A stretch of 64,000 nucleotides of DNA from Thermodesulfobacteriota bacterium. GTDB lineage: Bacteria; Desulfobacterota_D; UBA1144; Nemesobacterales; UBA2774. The stretch covers positions 2,560,001 to 2,624,000 of the forward strand of contig OZ244197.1 in assembly GCA_965216785.1 (NCBI GenBank). The letters are read 5' to 3'. Position 1 is the first letter of the stretch, and every line of letters starts with the position of its first letter. Positions 54,275 through 63,585 of this stretch are shown here, in pieces. The position numbers and the translations under genes are program-made. Below the pieces are notes generated by a model. The model was not told the DNA's origin. It worked only from the letters and a program-made list of their open reading frames with translations, and made no database searches.

Positions 54275-54290
54275 CATCAAAAATCGGCAA
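54275..54290 (-). promoter_or_regulatory. Regulon motif copy 3 (TTGCCGATTTTTGATG)
   Basis: Followed after 22 nt by TAATCT; upstream of the ORF starting at 54199. Confidence 0.8.
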
Positions 54291-54320
54291 TCTTGTTGAG
54301 TACAAACGTGTCAGATGGAA

Positions 54321-55298
54321 TTACATCTGCCTTGTTGTTTCAGATGGAAGCTCTCCGAACAGTGACCTGTAGTCTTTGGCGAATTGCCCCAAGTGCCAGA
54401 ATCCCCACTTGTTGGCAATATCCGAAATATTCTTTTCGTCCGGGGGAGTTTTTCTTAAATCTCTCCGCACTTGATTTAACCTTATCATTTTAACAAATGA
54501 TTTGGGAGAAATACCGAAATACTCATTGAATGCGTATCGGAGTGTACGCTCACTCACAAAAGCCGCCCTGCAAAGATCCCTGACAGTAATATCGTTGTAC
54601 CTATAAGCTTCCAGATAGTCTCGTACCCTTCTAATAGTCATATATCTCTGTCTTGGAGAAGGCTTTTTCTCTTTTGTATCCTTACTCGATAAAGCTAGAA
54701 TGATAGCACGAGGAATTTCGTATTCTATTTCATATAGTACTTGCGCTTCACTCATGTTAGGAGCATTCTGCTTTAAATCCCCAATCACATTGTCTACGGT
54801 GCATTGGAGTTTTACAATAGAATCCGGATTGCAGTTAACAACTTCTGCTTGTTTTAATATATCCGTATCGTTACCCTGACCAAGTGTATCGATAACATCC
54901 AAAAGTAATTCCTCTTTATATGAAAGTGTCATCACATCAAAACCCGGTGGAGATTGAGAATCAAGCTCACAGTTTTCGGGGAATACCATAATATTATTTT
55001 TTTGGGTTTCGTGTCCGTGCCAGATAATATTAGGAGATTGGCTTGATAATATACCAAAAGTCCTAAGCCCGAGAGGAGAATGGCCCCTCTGGTCGAGCTT
55101 GCGGCCGAGTTTCGCTTGATTTATTTGCCAGCTTTGAGACCTAACTTGCAGTAAATTAGCCCGAAATTCACCCGAGTCAATCTGGCGAAAATCTAAATCC
55201 CAGGGTTTTGTATTCTGAGCAAAATGATCAAAGTCAGTAAATTGTTCATTTATAACAACGTATCCGCCTAACTCTGCGTCCATAGATCCCCTCAACAC
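54321..55298 (-). CDS. AraC-family activator, EutR-like
   Basis: C-terminal VSERTLRYAF...SPK...RL...WGFWHLGQFAKDYRSLFGELPSET. Confidence 0.9.
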   Translation of the reverse strand: MLRGSMDAELGGYVVINEQFTDFDHFAQNTKPWDLDFRQIDSGEFRANLLQVRSQSWQINQAKLGRKLDQRGHSPLGLRTFGILSSQSPNIIWHGHETQKNNIMVFPENCELDSQSPPGFDVMTLSYKEELLLDVIDTLGQGNDTDILKQAEVVNCNPDSIVKLQCTVDNVIGDLKQNAPNMSEAQVLYEIEYEIPRAIILALSSKDTKEKKPSPRQRYMTIRRVRDYLEAYRYNDITVRDLCRAAFVSERTLRYAFNEYFGISPKSFVKMIRLNQVRRDLRKTPPDEKNISDIANKWGFWHLGQFAKDYRSLFGELPSETTRQM

Positions 55299-55685
55299 TA
55301 ATCAAACTTCTTCTTTATTATTATACAATAATATGAAAACTTTGCTGTTTGTTGATGATGTTAGTCCGGGGCTTTCGGAAATATTTTATATTCAGTAAAA
55401 ATGGTTAAGCGTATTATCTATGTACTCTATCCCAATTCAGAGCAAAGAGGCGGCTCATTCCTATTTAATGAATTATACTGCTCAGGTTACCGGGTGGCCT
55501 TTCGTATGAAAACGAGACCTTATACAAGTTTTTCTCATTCTGAGTTAAGGTGCGTTAAGGATATGAACTGAATTCAACTCAACATACCGTATTTACTACT
55601 TTAAATTTACTGAATTCTTCATCCAAACCGATTCCCATCGTTAATCGTTATTGATCATTATCCCTCAATCATGTTATTGTTAAAA

Positions 55686-55701
55686 TTGCCGATTTTTGAT
55701 G
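55686..55701 (+). promoter_or_regulatory. Regulon motif copy 4 (TTGCCGATTTTTGATG)
   Basis: Followed after 21 nt by TAGATT; upstream of the MBL-hydrolase operon. Confidence 0.8.
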
Positions 55702-55801
55702 TAGTTAGTGTAAACCATATTGTAGATTTATTCATTACTTACAATACTATGGTTTAAATACTAATCATCAGACTTTTTCAAAACTGTCATTGGGGGGAAT
55801 T

Positions 55802-57238
55802 ATGAGAAAATTATTTGTATTAGCATTGTTTCTATTGGTTGGGGGAACGATGCTTTATGTTGCAAACGCGCAGGATCAGGCACAGAAACAAAAAGGTGTT
55901 ACCAAAGGCTCTGTAGTTGAGGTAGTCGAGGACTTTGAGGGAGCCGAATTTGAGCAGGATCAGAAAGCTATCGAAAACACCATGATGGGCGGAGTGCCCG
56001 CGGGGCGTTGGAAGGAAGGGCTTTTATTCGAAGGCATAGAACCGCAGCCTTGGCTTAAAAGCGCGGCAAACTGGATGCCGGGAACAGAGAAAGTACAGCC
56101 TGAAGAGATGAGGATTACGTTCATGGGCACTGCTCCTATGCTGAGACCGGGACAGATGAACACATCTATCTATGTCGAGCTGGGAAACGGCGACAGTTTC
56201 ATATTCGATATGGGTGAAGGCGCTGTATCTAATTATATGGCATCCGGCATACCCATAAACAAGTTAAACGACATATTCCTAACTCACCTTCACGTTGACC
56301 ATTATGGTTCTATTCCATGGGTATATGCTTTCGGCGCATGGGCCGGACGCTGGCACGAGCCGCTCAGGATTACCGGGCCTTCTGGCAGAACCGAGAAAGA
56401 CGGCGTTGCCTATATGATAGAGGGAATGAAGATGATGATGCACTGGCACCGTGAGGCGTTCAGTGTATTCCCGACAGCCTGGGAAATCGAAGTAAACGAG
56501 TTTGATTTCGCGGACGCTGGTGGAACCGCTTACGACAAAAACGGTGTAAAGGTAATACACTGGCCCGCCTCACACGCAAAAGACGGGGCCTCAGGTTACA
56601 GGCTAGATTGGAATGGTCTTAGTTTTTGCTACACAGGTGATACGCGCCCTAATACACTGGACATTAAATACTGTAAGGGTGTGGATGTTATGATTTCAGA
56701 AACTCAGCCCGAGGTCGTTGCCATAAGCTCGGGTGTTCAGGGTGTCCCACCTTTTGTCGGACGCTACACTATTGACACTCACCACACCCCATCATACGCG
56801 GCGGGTTATATTTTCAACCAGGTAAAGCCCCGTATGGCGATGACCACTCACATGCCCTATGACCCTTATATAAATGCCGAGACAATCGCTGAGGTCAGGG
56901 AACACTGGAAGGGACCATTCCATTTCGGCGCCCCTGATATGGTTGTAGTGAACGTAACTAAGGATCAAATTTGGGTAAGAGACGGAGTAATTCCTGACTA
57001 TCCCAATGTCAGGGCTCCAAGCGCAAAGGCCTCTGTTGATAAGTACGGCGGCCTGATCGTACCGGTTCCACCGTTTCAACGTGAAGACCTACAGGCACAA
57101 TCAATCCGCGATGCTGAGATTGACCCAAAAAAGTACTACCCCAAGGGTTATCATCCCGAGCTCATGGAGCACTGGCCTGTGGACAAACCGCTCTTTATCC
57201 CGGAAGACAAGATTCCTCCGAGCATGAAAGGAGAGTAA
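55802..57238 (+). CDS. Secreted MBL-fold (RNase Z/AtsA-like) metallohydrolase
   Basis: Signal peptide (ANA-Q), FMGT, FDMGEG, THLHVDH, TGDT, HHT. Confidence 0.85.
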   Translation: MRKLFVLALFLLVGGTMLYVANAQDQAQKQKGVTKGSVVEVVEDFEGAEFEQDQKAIENTMMGGVPAGRWKEGLLFEGIEPQPWLKSAANWMPGTEKVQPEEMRITFMGTAPMLRPGQMNTSIYVELGNGDSFIFDMGEGAVSNYMASGIPINKLNDIFLTHLHVDHYGSIPWVYAFGAWAGRWHEPLRITGPSGRTEKDGVAYMIEGMKMMMHWHREAFSVFPTAWEIEVNEFDFADAGGTAYDKNGVKVIHWPASHAKDGASGYRLDWNGLSFCYTGDTRPNTLDIKYCKGVDVMISETQPEVVAISSGVQGVPPFVGRYTIDTHHTPSYAAGYIFNQVKPRMAMTTHMPYDPYINAETIAEVREHWKGPFHFGAPDMVVVNVTKDQIWVRDGVIPDYPNVRAPSAKASVDKYGGLIVPVPPFQREDLQAQSIRDAEIDPKKYYPKGYHPELMEHWPVDKPLFIPEDKIPPSMKGE

Positions 57239-57249
57239 AAGAATATATT

Positions 57250-57314
57250 GCCGGGGCGCTCACCGCTTAAAAGCTAAGATCCCCTTACTGGCTTGTGGCG
57301 TCCCGGTATTTTTT
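57250..57314 (+). terminator. Possible hairpin/attenuator after the MBL hydrolase
   Basis: GCCGGGGCGC...GCGTCCCGGT followed by a T-tract; long loop. Confidence 0.4.
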
Positions 57315-57353
57315 CAATTGTGATGTACTATGACAAAACAAAGGAGGGTACAA

Positions 57354-57932
57354 ATGTTTAAAATTAAAAGGATAAATGTTATACCGTTATTATTTTTACT
57401 TCTAACAACACTTGCAGTTTCTGCTGACGACAGCAAGATAGAAAAAGAGCAGAATAAAGTAAGGGAGAAATCAACTGAAACGCTGGCAAAGCTCTATCAG
57501 GCCGAGCCGAGAGCAAAAAACGCTGTAGAAAGCGCTTATGGATACGCCACATTTAGTAATTTTGGGATGAAGATACTCGTAGCTGGCGGAGGCAAAGGCC
57601 AGGGATTGGCTGTGAATAATAAAACAGGTGCCGAGACATTTATGAAAATGATTGAAGTTCAGGCGGGGTTAGGCATGGGAATAAAGAAATTCTTAGTCGT
57701 ATTCGTATTTGGAAACGAAAGCGCATTTAATGATTTTGTAAACTCTGGCTGGGAGTTCGGCGGACAGACGACGGCCGCGGCCAAATATGACGACGAGGGC
57801 GGCGCTCTTGCCGGAGCTGTTAGCGTTTCCCCTGGTGTTTGGGTATATCAGATGACCGAGGACGGGCTTGCGCTTGAGCTTACGATGAAAGGCACCAAGT
57901 ACATGAAAGATGACAAGCTAAACCAGAATTAG
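57354..57932 (+). CDS. Ysc84/SYLF-domain lipid-binding periplasmic protein
   Basis: Signal peptide; GYATF, GGGKGQG, GWEFGG, GL..ELT.KGTKY; AGGAGG RBS. Confidence 0.8.
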   Translation: MFKIKRINVIPLLFLLLTTLAVSADDSKIEKEQNKVREKSTETLAKLYQAEPRAKNAVESAYGYATFSNFGMKILVAGGGKGQGLAVNNKTGAETFMKMIEVQAGLGMGIKKFLVVFVFGNESAFNDFVNSGWEFGGQTTAAAKYDDEGGALAGAVSVSPGVWVYQMTEDGLALELTMKGTKYMKDDKLNQN

Positions 57933-57960
57933 CTCTATTTGAAAGGAGGGGTAGTGAGAG

Positions 57961-58761
57961 ATGAAGAGGATTTTTTGTTCAGTACTGCTTTGTACTATTT
58001 TAGCTCTTAATCAAAACGTTTCAGCAGATCAAGAAGAAGACCTGGCAAAACAGGCTCAAAACCCAATTGCCGATCTGATTAGCTTACCGTTTCAAAACGA
58101 TATCAACTTTAACCTTGGGCCACACAACCGCACCCAGAATATCTTAAACATTCAGCCGGTTATCCCCTTTAACCTAAGTGAAAAATGGAACCTAATTACG
58201 AGGACTATCGCCCCTTTGATATATCAGCCGGACGTTACCAGAAGCAGCGGCGGCGAGTTCGGGCTCGGAGATATAAACACAACCCTTTTTCTATCCCCTG
58301 CCAAGGAATCAACGGTTACATGGGGCTTAGGACCCATAATCTCTTTTCCCACAGCCACCGATAAATCCCTCGGCACGGATAAGTGGTCAGCCGGCCCTTC
58401 CCTTGTTCTGTTAACTACACCGGGTCCATGGGTGCTGGGTTTTCTTACAAGCAACATCTGGTCATTCGCTGGAGACAGCGACAGAGCTGACGTGAATCAG
58501 TTTCTGCTTCAATATTTTATTAACTACAATTTCCAGGGTGGCTGGTACCTATCTTCAACCCCTATCAATACCGCGAACTGGGAAGCAGATGACGGCAACA
58601 GGTGGACAATCCCCATAGGGGGAGGCCCGGGAAAGGTCTTCAGGGTTGGCAAGCTACCAGTGAATTTTAGGACACAGGTCTATTACAATGTTGAGAAACC
58701 TGATCTGGGACCGGAATGGACGCTCAGGCTGCAGCTACAGTTCCTATTCCCTAAAAAATAG
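57961..58761 (+). CDS. Putative outer-membrane beta-barrel channel (family often mislabelled 'neuromedin U')
   Basis: Signal peptide; LAKQAQNPIA.LISLPFQ, IQPVIPF, GLGDI, PTAT...LG, C-terminal QFLFP. Confidence 0.72.
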   Translation: MKRIFCSVLLCTILALNQNVSADQEEDLAKQAQNPIADLISLPFQNDINFNLGPHNRTQNILNIQPVIPFNLSEKWNLITRTIAPLIYQPDVTRSSGGEFGLGDINTTLFLSPAKESTVTWGLGPIISFPTATDKSLGTDKWSAGPSLVLLTTPGPWVLGFLTSNIWSFAGDSDRADVNQFLLQYFINYNFQGGWYLSSTPINTANWEADDGNRWTIPIGGGPGKVFRVGKLPVNFRTQVYYNVEKPDLGPEWTLRLQLQFLFPKK

Positions 58762-58830
58762 ATTAATATGAGGAAAAGGCAGTTCCCCAATAACAGAAAA
58801 ACTTTTACGAAACATTGGAGGTAAGGAGAG

Positions 58831-59883
58831 ATGGAGATGAGAAAAATATGTGCGGACAAAGTTATAAGCCATAAAACTTGGCGTGCTGCCTTACAGGGTT
58901 TATTTTTTCTGTTCATTATGGCAAGTTTATTACCGTTCTCAGCGCTTGCTGAAGAGACCGGCCAAACAGGCAGTACATTCCTTGAGGACAAGCTCAACAC
59001 CGCACGCGAATATGAGCTCGCGGGCAGTTATGCGTTTTCAGACAACGCAGTAGCGCAGGCTGACGAAGCGGAATTCAACGAAGAGTCCAGGGGAACCAAG
59101 CCCTATCTGAGCGGCTCGGGAGGATACTACGGGGACAAAGACTGGCAGGCGTTCGTCGCTCTTTACATGTGGTTTGTGGGGATGAACGGCGAGACCGGTA
59201 AGGGCAATAGGGTCGCCGATGTTGACGTCGGTTTCGGGGATATATGGGATAACCTCGATTTTGGTTTTCAGGCGCACATCGAAGTATGGTACAAGAAGGT
59301 CATTTTCTTTATTGACCCCTTATACATGAACCTCTCGTCTAAAAACAAGAACACTCGTGTAGTGAGCTCTCTTCGCTCCGATCTAGATCTTGAAATGTTT
59401 ATGATGGATATGGCGGCAGGCTACAGAGTGGCGGAAGTTCCACTCGGAAGCGGCACGCAATCAAACAATTTTAAAACTTGGCCTTCGCTTGCTGTGGACG
59501 TCTACGGCGGAGGAAGACTGGTTAGCCTCGATTCAAAACTCGATCTTACTCTTGAGACCCCAATCGGCACACGTGGACAAAGGATAAAACTGAGTGAGAC
59601 ATGGTTTGATTTCATTGTGGGCACAAGACTCATGTTTGATTTCACAGAGAACCTTCTACTTAGCGTAAAGTCAGATATAGGTGGTTTCGGTCTTGGATTC
59701 TCATCCGACATCGACTGGAACTTCGCGGCAAACCTCGGATACCAGCTCCCGTGGTGGGGTATAACGCCTTACGTCGGTTATAGGGTATTATATTTAGACT
59801 ATAAAGACGGAAGCGGCGACAACAAATTCGTTTATAAAGTATGGAATACAGGCCCTCAAATTGGTCTAGGAGTTAGGTTCTAG
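58831..59883 (+). CDS. Putative outer-membrane beta-barrel protein
   Basis: Signal-like N-terminus, amphipathic strands, DIGGFG, GYR.L..DY, terminal GLGVRF. Confidence 0.75.
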   Translation: MEMRKICADKVISHKTWRAALQGLFFLFIMASLLPFSALAEETGQTGSTFLEDKLNTAREYELAGSYAFSDNAVAQADEAEFNEESRGTKPYLSGSGGYYGDKDWQAFVALYMWFVGMNGETGKGNRVADVDVGFGDIWDNLDFGFQAHIEVWYKKVIFFIDPLYMNLSSKNKNTRVVSSLRSDLDLEMFMMDMAAGYRVAEVPLGSGTQSNNFKTWPSLAVDVYGGGRLVSLDSKLDLTLETPIGTRGQRIKLSETWFDFIVGTRLMFDFTENLLLSVKSDIGGFGLGFSSDIDWNFAANLGYQLPWWGITPYVGYRVLYLDYKDGSGDNKFVYKVWNTGPQIGLGVRF

Positions 59884-59894
59884 AGGTCGAGGAT

Positions 59895-61481
59895 ATGTTC
59901 TCTTTAACTAAAAGAGCTAATCTTGCGTTTTCGAGTTTAATAAAGACAAAGTCCGCCCAGGACTTAACAACGCTATTCATACTGATCCTGCTTATAATCT
60001 CCACAGCGGGCTATTCATGCGGACCCAAAAAGAGCGCGCAAGAAGAGATTTCAGCCGAGCCTGAAAACACGAAATATAAGCTCGGTAAAAAAGGAATAAG
60101 AGAGAAGCAGAAGGAAGAACAATCCGATAGTCAAAAAGTGGATGAGGTAGAAGCCGATACAGTCGTCTATGAAGAGTTTCCCGTATTGAATGCAAGTGAA
60201 ATTCTGGATGAGGATTTACTTAAGAGCGATCACCACCGGGTTAACGAAGAGGTCGTAAGCGACTGCGTATGGAACTCATATCAGATAGACAGTGACTTCG
60301 GCGAGTTTCAGGCCTATAATACGAACATCCTTAAAACCCGCGTTAATGAAATACAAGCCATAGCAAAGCTTCAACAGACCTCAGGCGCGGAAGCCATGGC
60401 CTCCGGGGCGATCGACTCTGTCATTAATCCCTTTACATCTGCGATAAATATCGCTACAAACCCTGTCGGCACCGCTGTGGGAATTCCGGGAGGGATCGTC
60501 ACCTTCTTTAAGAAAATCTATTACACCGGCGAAAAAACGGTAAAGATTGGCAGTCAAACCGTGCAGAATGTCGGCGGTGCTGTTACAGGCTCTGGGGATG
60601 ATGAAGACGGAGATTCATATTCAGGTCTTACAGGCGACGCGAGCTATCTCATTGACTGGTATTTGGGCGTTAGCGGAGGTGAGAGACGGGTGGCAAAAGG
60701 GCTTGGAGTGGACCCCTACACCTCAAACCCCGTGCTCGCGGCAGAGCTTAAGAGAGTAGCCAAGTACGAGAGAATCGGAAAACTCGGGTTCGGGTTTGCC
60801 GACATACCCTCGGTGCCGGGCATGGGTTATGTAAAAGACGTCAATCACTACGTTTGGGATAAAGACCCAAGAGAGCTAAGGGACTTCAATAAAAAGAGCC
60901 TTGTAGAAATGGGGGTCGAGGAAGAGCTTGTTGAGAATTTTTTGAGCTCACCTTATTACAGCCCGACTTTTCAGACCGCGATTGTTTTTTCACTCAAGGA
61001 AATGGATGGGGTAAAAAACAGAGAAGAAATAATAGAAGACGCCGTAGTGGCCTGGACTATACCGCAAGCCCAGCTATATACCAATATGGTGGTACTGATG
61101 GCCTGGTTCCACAACACGCAAAGCCCGTTCACTGAGATCATTAACCACTCTGATATAACGTCCGGTCTCACAGAAGACAATAGGATAATCACCATTTTAC
61201 CGGTCGATTATTTGTGCTGGTCAGAGCAGGTCTCGGAAGTCGCGAACTTTCATAATGACGTGCTATCGGATATCGAAGCCGAGCAAAAAGAGTTCTGGTT
61301 CGCTGGCACTGTGTCCGATAGAGCCAAGAGCGAAATAACGGATCTTGGCTGGATCGTATACGACGAAGTCGCGGTAGAGAATATAGACTCTAAATATGAC
61401 GATAAAAATAAAGCGACCAAAGAAATAAATACCGAAGTGTACAGATCTTTTGAGACAGAAGAAGTGGATGTACAGAATTAG
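59895..61481 (+). CDS. Hypothetical exported/lipoprotein
   Basis: 528-aa ORF with hydrophobic N-terminal segment and Cys; GVDPYTSNP motif. Confidence 0.7.
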   Translation: MFSLTKRANLAFSSLIKTKSAQDLTTLFILILLIISTAGYSCGPKKSAQEEISAEPENTKYKLGKKGIREKQKEEQSDSQKVDEVEADTVVYEEFPVLNASEILDEDLLKSDHHRVNEEVVSDCVWNSYQIDSDFGEFQAYNTNILKTRVNEIQAIAKLQQTSGAEAMASGAIDSVINPFTSAINIATNPVGTAVGIPGGIVTFFKKIYYTGEKTVKIGSQTVQNVGGAVTGSGDDEDGDSYSGLTGDASYLIDWYLGVSGGERRVAKGLGVDPYTSNPVLAAELKRVAKYERIGKLGFGFADIPSVPGMGYVKDVNHYVWDKDPRELRDFNKKSLVEMGVEEELVENFLSSPYYSPTFQTAIVFSLKEMDGVKNREEIIEDAVVAWTIPQAQLYTNMVVLMAWFHNTQSPFTEIINHSDITSGLTEDNRIITILPVDYLCWSEQVSEVANFHNDVLSDIEAEQKEFWFAGTVSDRAKSEITDLGWIVYDEVAVENIDSKYDDKNKATKEINTEVYRSFETEEVDVQN

Positions 61482-61533
61482 GATAAGTAAGGGATTGTGA
61501 TTAAAATGATACTCTTTTTACATTCAATATCAG

Positions 61534-61710
61534 CTAAGTAGTAGATCTTAAAATCCTACTCATTCTTTGAATCCTGTTGGTCCTATTTCTGTCGTGAAGA
61601 TTCATTACCCTGTTACGGATAAAGCTCCTATGTTTATCCGGATCTATCTTTTTTCGATACTCTGAGCGCTTGGGAATTTCTTGATTAGATCTCTTAGGAT
61701 AATCCGCCAT
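61534..61710 (-). CDS. Small basic protein, 58 aa (not in the ORF track)
   Basis: MADYPKRSNQEIPKRSEYRKKIDPDKHRSFIRNRVMNLHDRNRTNRIQRMSRILRSTT; GGGAGG RBS; sigma-54-type promoter upstream. Confidence 0.55.
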   Translation of the reverse strand: MADYPKRSNQEIPKRSEYRKKIDPDKHRSFIRNRVMNLHDRNRTNRIQRMSRILRSTT

Positions 61711-61743
61711 ATTATCCTCCCAAAGTTTTAGTCATAATAAAAA

Positions 61744-61758
61744 GCAACTTACATACCA
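61744..61758 (-). promoter_or_regulatory. sigma-54 (-24/-12) promoter candidate
   Basis: TGGTATGTAAGTTGC = GG-N10-GC with TTGC. Confidence 0.6.
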
Positions 61759-61890
61759 AAAACCTAACCACCCTATATCGTTCATTATTTTAATTTCGCG
61801 TATCCATTGTATGTCTACTACGTTTACAATCTGCAAATCCCGTTGACGCTTTATTAAATAAAATGTCACAGTCGTAAATGTAGCGGCAAC

Positions 61891-62270
61891 ATGAATAAAC
61901 AAAAAAACAAGAAAAGGAGCTTGAGCAGCGGATTCTATATAATCTCCGAAGTATGATGAGAGCGGAGAAGGACCTTGATGTACTACATGATTCTATCGTG
62001 GAGGAATCTGCTCGAATTGTAAATGCCGATAGGGCCAGTCTATCTCTATTCGATCGTGCGGCGAGTTAGCAATATGGTCAAAGATTGCGCTTGGAGCTGC
62101 AGAGACAGTTCGCTTCGAAGCAGAACTAGGAATTGCGGGAGAAGTTTTCACATCCGGGTCAGCTCAGAATGTAGATAAAGTTTATTATAACAAAAAATTC
62201 AACCTAATAATAGATAGGAAGACAGGTTATATAACAAAAACCTTACTGTGCGTTCCTTATCCTTATTTAA
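61891..62270 (+). pseudogene. Frameshifted, truncated GAF-domain gene remnant
   Basis: Pieces in different frames: DLDVLHDSIVEESARIVNADRASLSLFD* then IWSKIALG...GIAGEVFTSG...KFNLIIDRKTGYITKTLLCVP. Confidence 0.8.
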
Positions 62271-62273
62271 GAT

Positions 62274-63398
62274 TCATTTCTGATGGGCAGTTTTCACGGA
62301 ATAATTAAACTCTTTATCCAGTAGGTACAAAAACATGACGGCCATAGAATCCTGGTCTTCGTCACTGGTATTATTGTATACGCTTATGACCTGATACTCA
62401 TGGTCCTTATAAATGGGGATACCTTCTTGACTAGAATAATATTCGACACTTTCAATACCGATCCTGTTAGCCGTCCCGACTACATTACTCCTGAAGACCG
62501 TCTCCCCGGTAGTCAAATCTTTTAATTCCATAGACTCCGCGAAAGGATGAAGGTGGACGGCAATATAGTGGATTGTCGTATCGTACGGCACGTTCAGGAT
62601 TTCCGTAACGAGCGTGTGATTTACTTCCCTACCCGGCTTTACGACCCAGTGGCCGGTGAAACTGCGGTTAAATTTGTCTTTATAATCACTCGTATCCGCG
62701 TTCTCTCCAACCAGGCAGCCTTTCCCATGTTTCTCGTCGGCATTTTTCACATTAAAGTGCCCGTCATCGCCCTCTAGTAGCTTTAGCCCATAAGCTGAAA
62801 CCGGGAACAATGCTTTCATGGGGGCATCCAGATCACTATCATTTACATGGTCAATAGTAACTTTGTGCCTTACTTGATGTTTATTTTCAGCGTCGTTTAG
62901 ATTGAGCACCTGTGTTGTGAGAGACAGTTTTTCTTCGGATAATATGGGTATTCCATATCCTTCTGGAAACTTAATTTCAAATTGGCCCTGAGAGAGTGTA
63001 AAGAGCCTTGAGCTGGAGTTGTTCTTTTTCCAGCCCATTATCTTTGAGTGATTACCGATATCAAAATCAAGGTTACTATGACACATAAATTCCTGCGACA
63101 TCGGCGATTCACCGTCAGGCTCGACCATGACTGCCTTAAACCCCTTAATCCATATGAGGTCCCGCTCGCCGTCATCTGAAAGAGACAGCTCCTGCGTGCT
63201 TTCCGGGCCTTTCATCGATCTATAAATCCTATCTATTTCGTATGTTTCCGATAGCACGGTCAGACCCTTTTCGCCTCCTTCAAATGTAGAAGTCCCGCTC
63301 CTTAAAAGAACTAGGACAGCTATGATAACGACCAAAGCGGCAAGACCCGCTCCAAATAAGTAGATACGCTTTTTATTATTCGTACTCTTCTCTGTCAT
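62274..63398 (-). CDS. Membrane-anchored hypothetical protein with possible copper-monooxygenase (PHM-like) motifs
   Basis: N-terminal TM helix; FMCHSN, VHLHPFA, DSMAVMFLY. Confidence 0.6.
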   Translation of the reverse strand: MTEKSTNNKKRIYLFGAGLAALVVIIAVLVLLRSGTSTFEGGEKGLTVLSETYEIDRIYRSMKGPESTQELSLSDDGERDLIWIKGFKAVMVEPDGESPMSQEFMCHSNLDFDIGNHSKIMGWKKNNSSSRLFTLSQGQFEIKFPEGYGIPILSEEKLSLTTQVLNLNDAENKHQVRHKVTIDHVNDSDLDAPMKALFPVSAYGLKLLEGDDGHFNVKNADEKHGKGCLVGENADTSDYKDKFNRSFTGHWVVKPGREVNHTLVTEILNVPYDTTIHYIAVHLHPFAESMELKDLTTGETVFRSNVVGTANRIGIESVEYYSSQEGIPIYKDHEYQVISVYNNTSDEDQDSMAVMFLYLLDKEFNYSVKTAHQK

Positions 63399-63585
63399 GA
63401 TCGCTCGCTAAATATTTTTCCTCCAGCCACCAATAATTATATACTCAATTCTAACATACGGGCATTATAGCGCTCTACCATAATCTTTCTTCAAATGATA
63501 GGCCCTTCAAACATTGTCCGGCGGCGGTGCGTGGCGGGTATTGAGCCATAGTTCCGAAGAGAAAATAATTCACTTAAAATTATTC

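Noticed and set aside
51242-55701. The 16-bp repeats as CRISPR repeats or IS ends
   Set aside because: Irregular spacing, mixed orientation, no cas or transposase genes; the fixed distance to -10 elements favours operator sites
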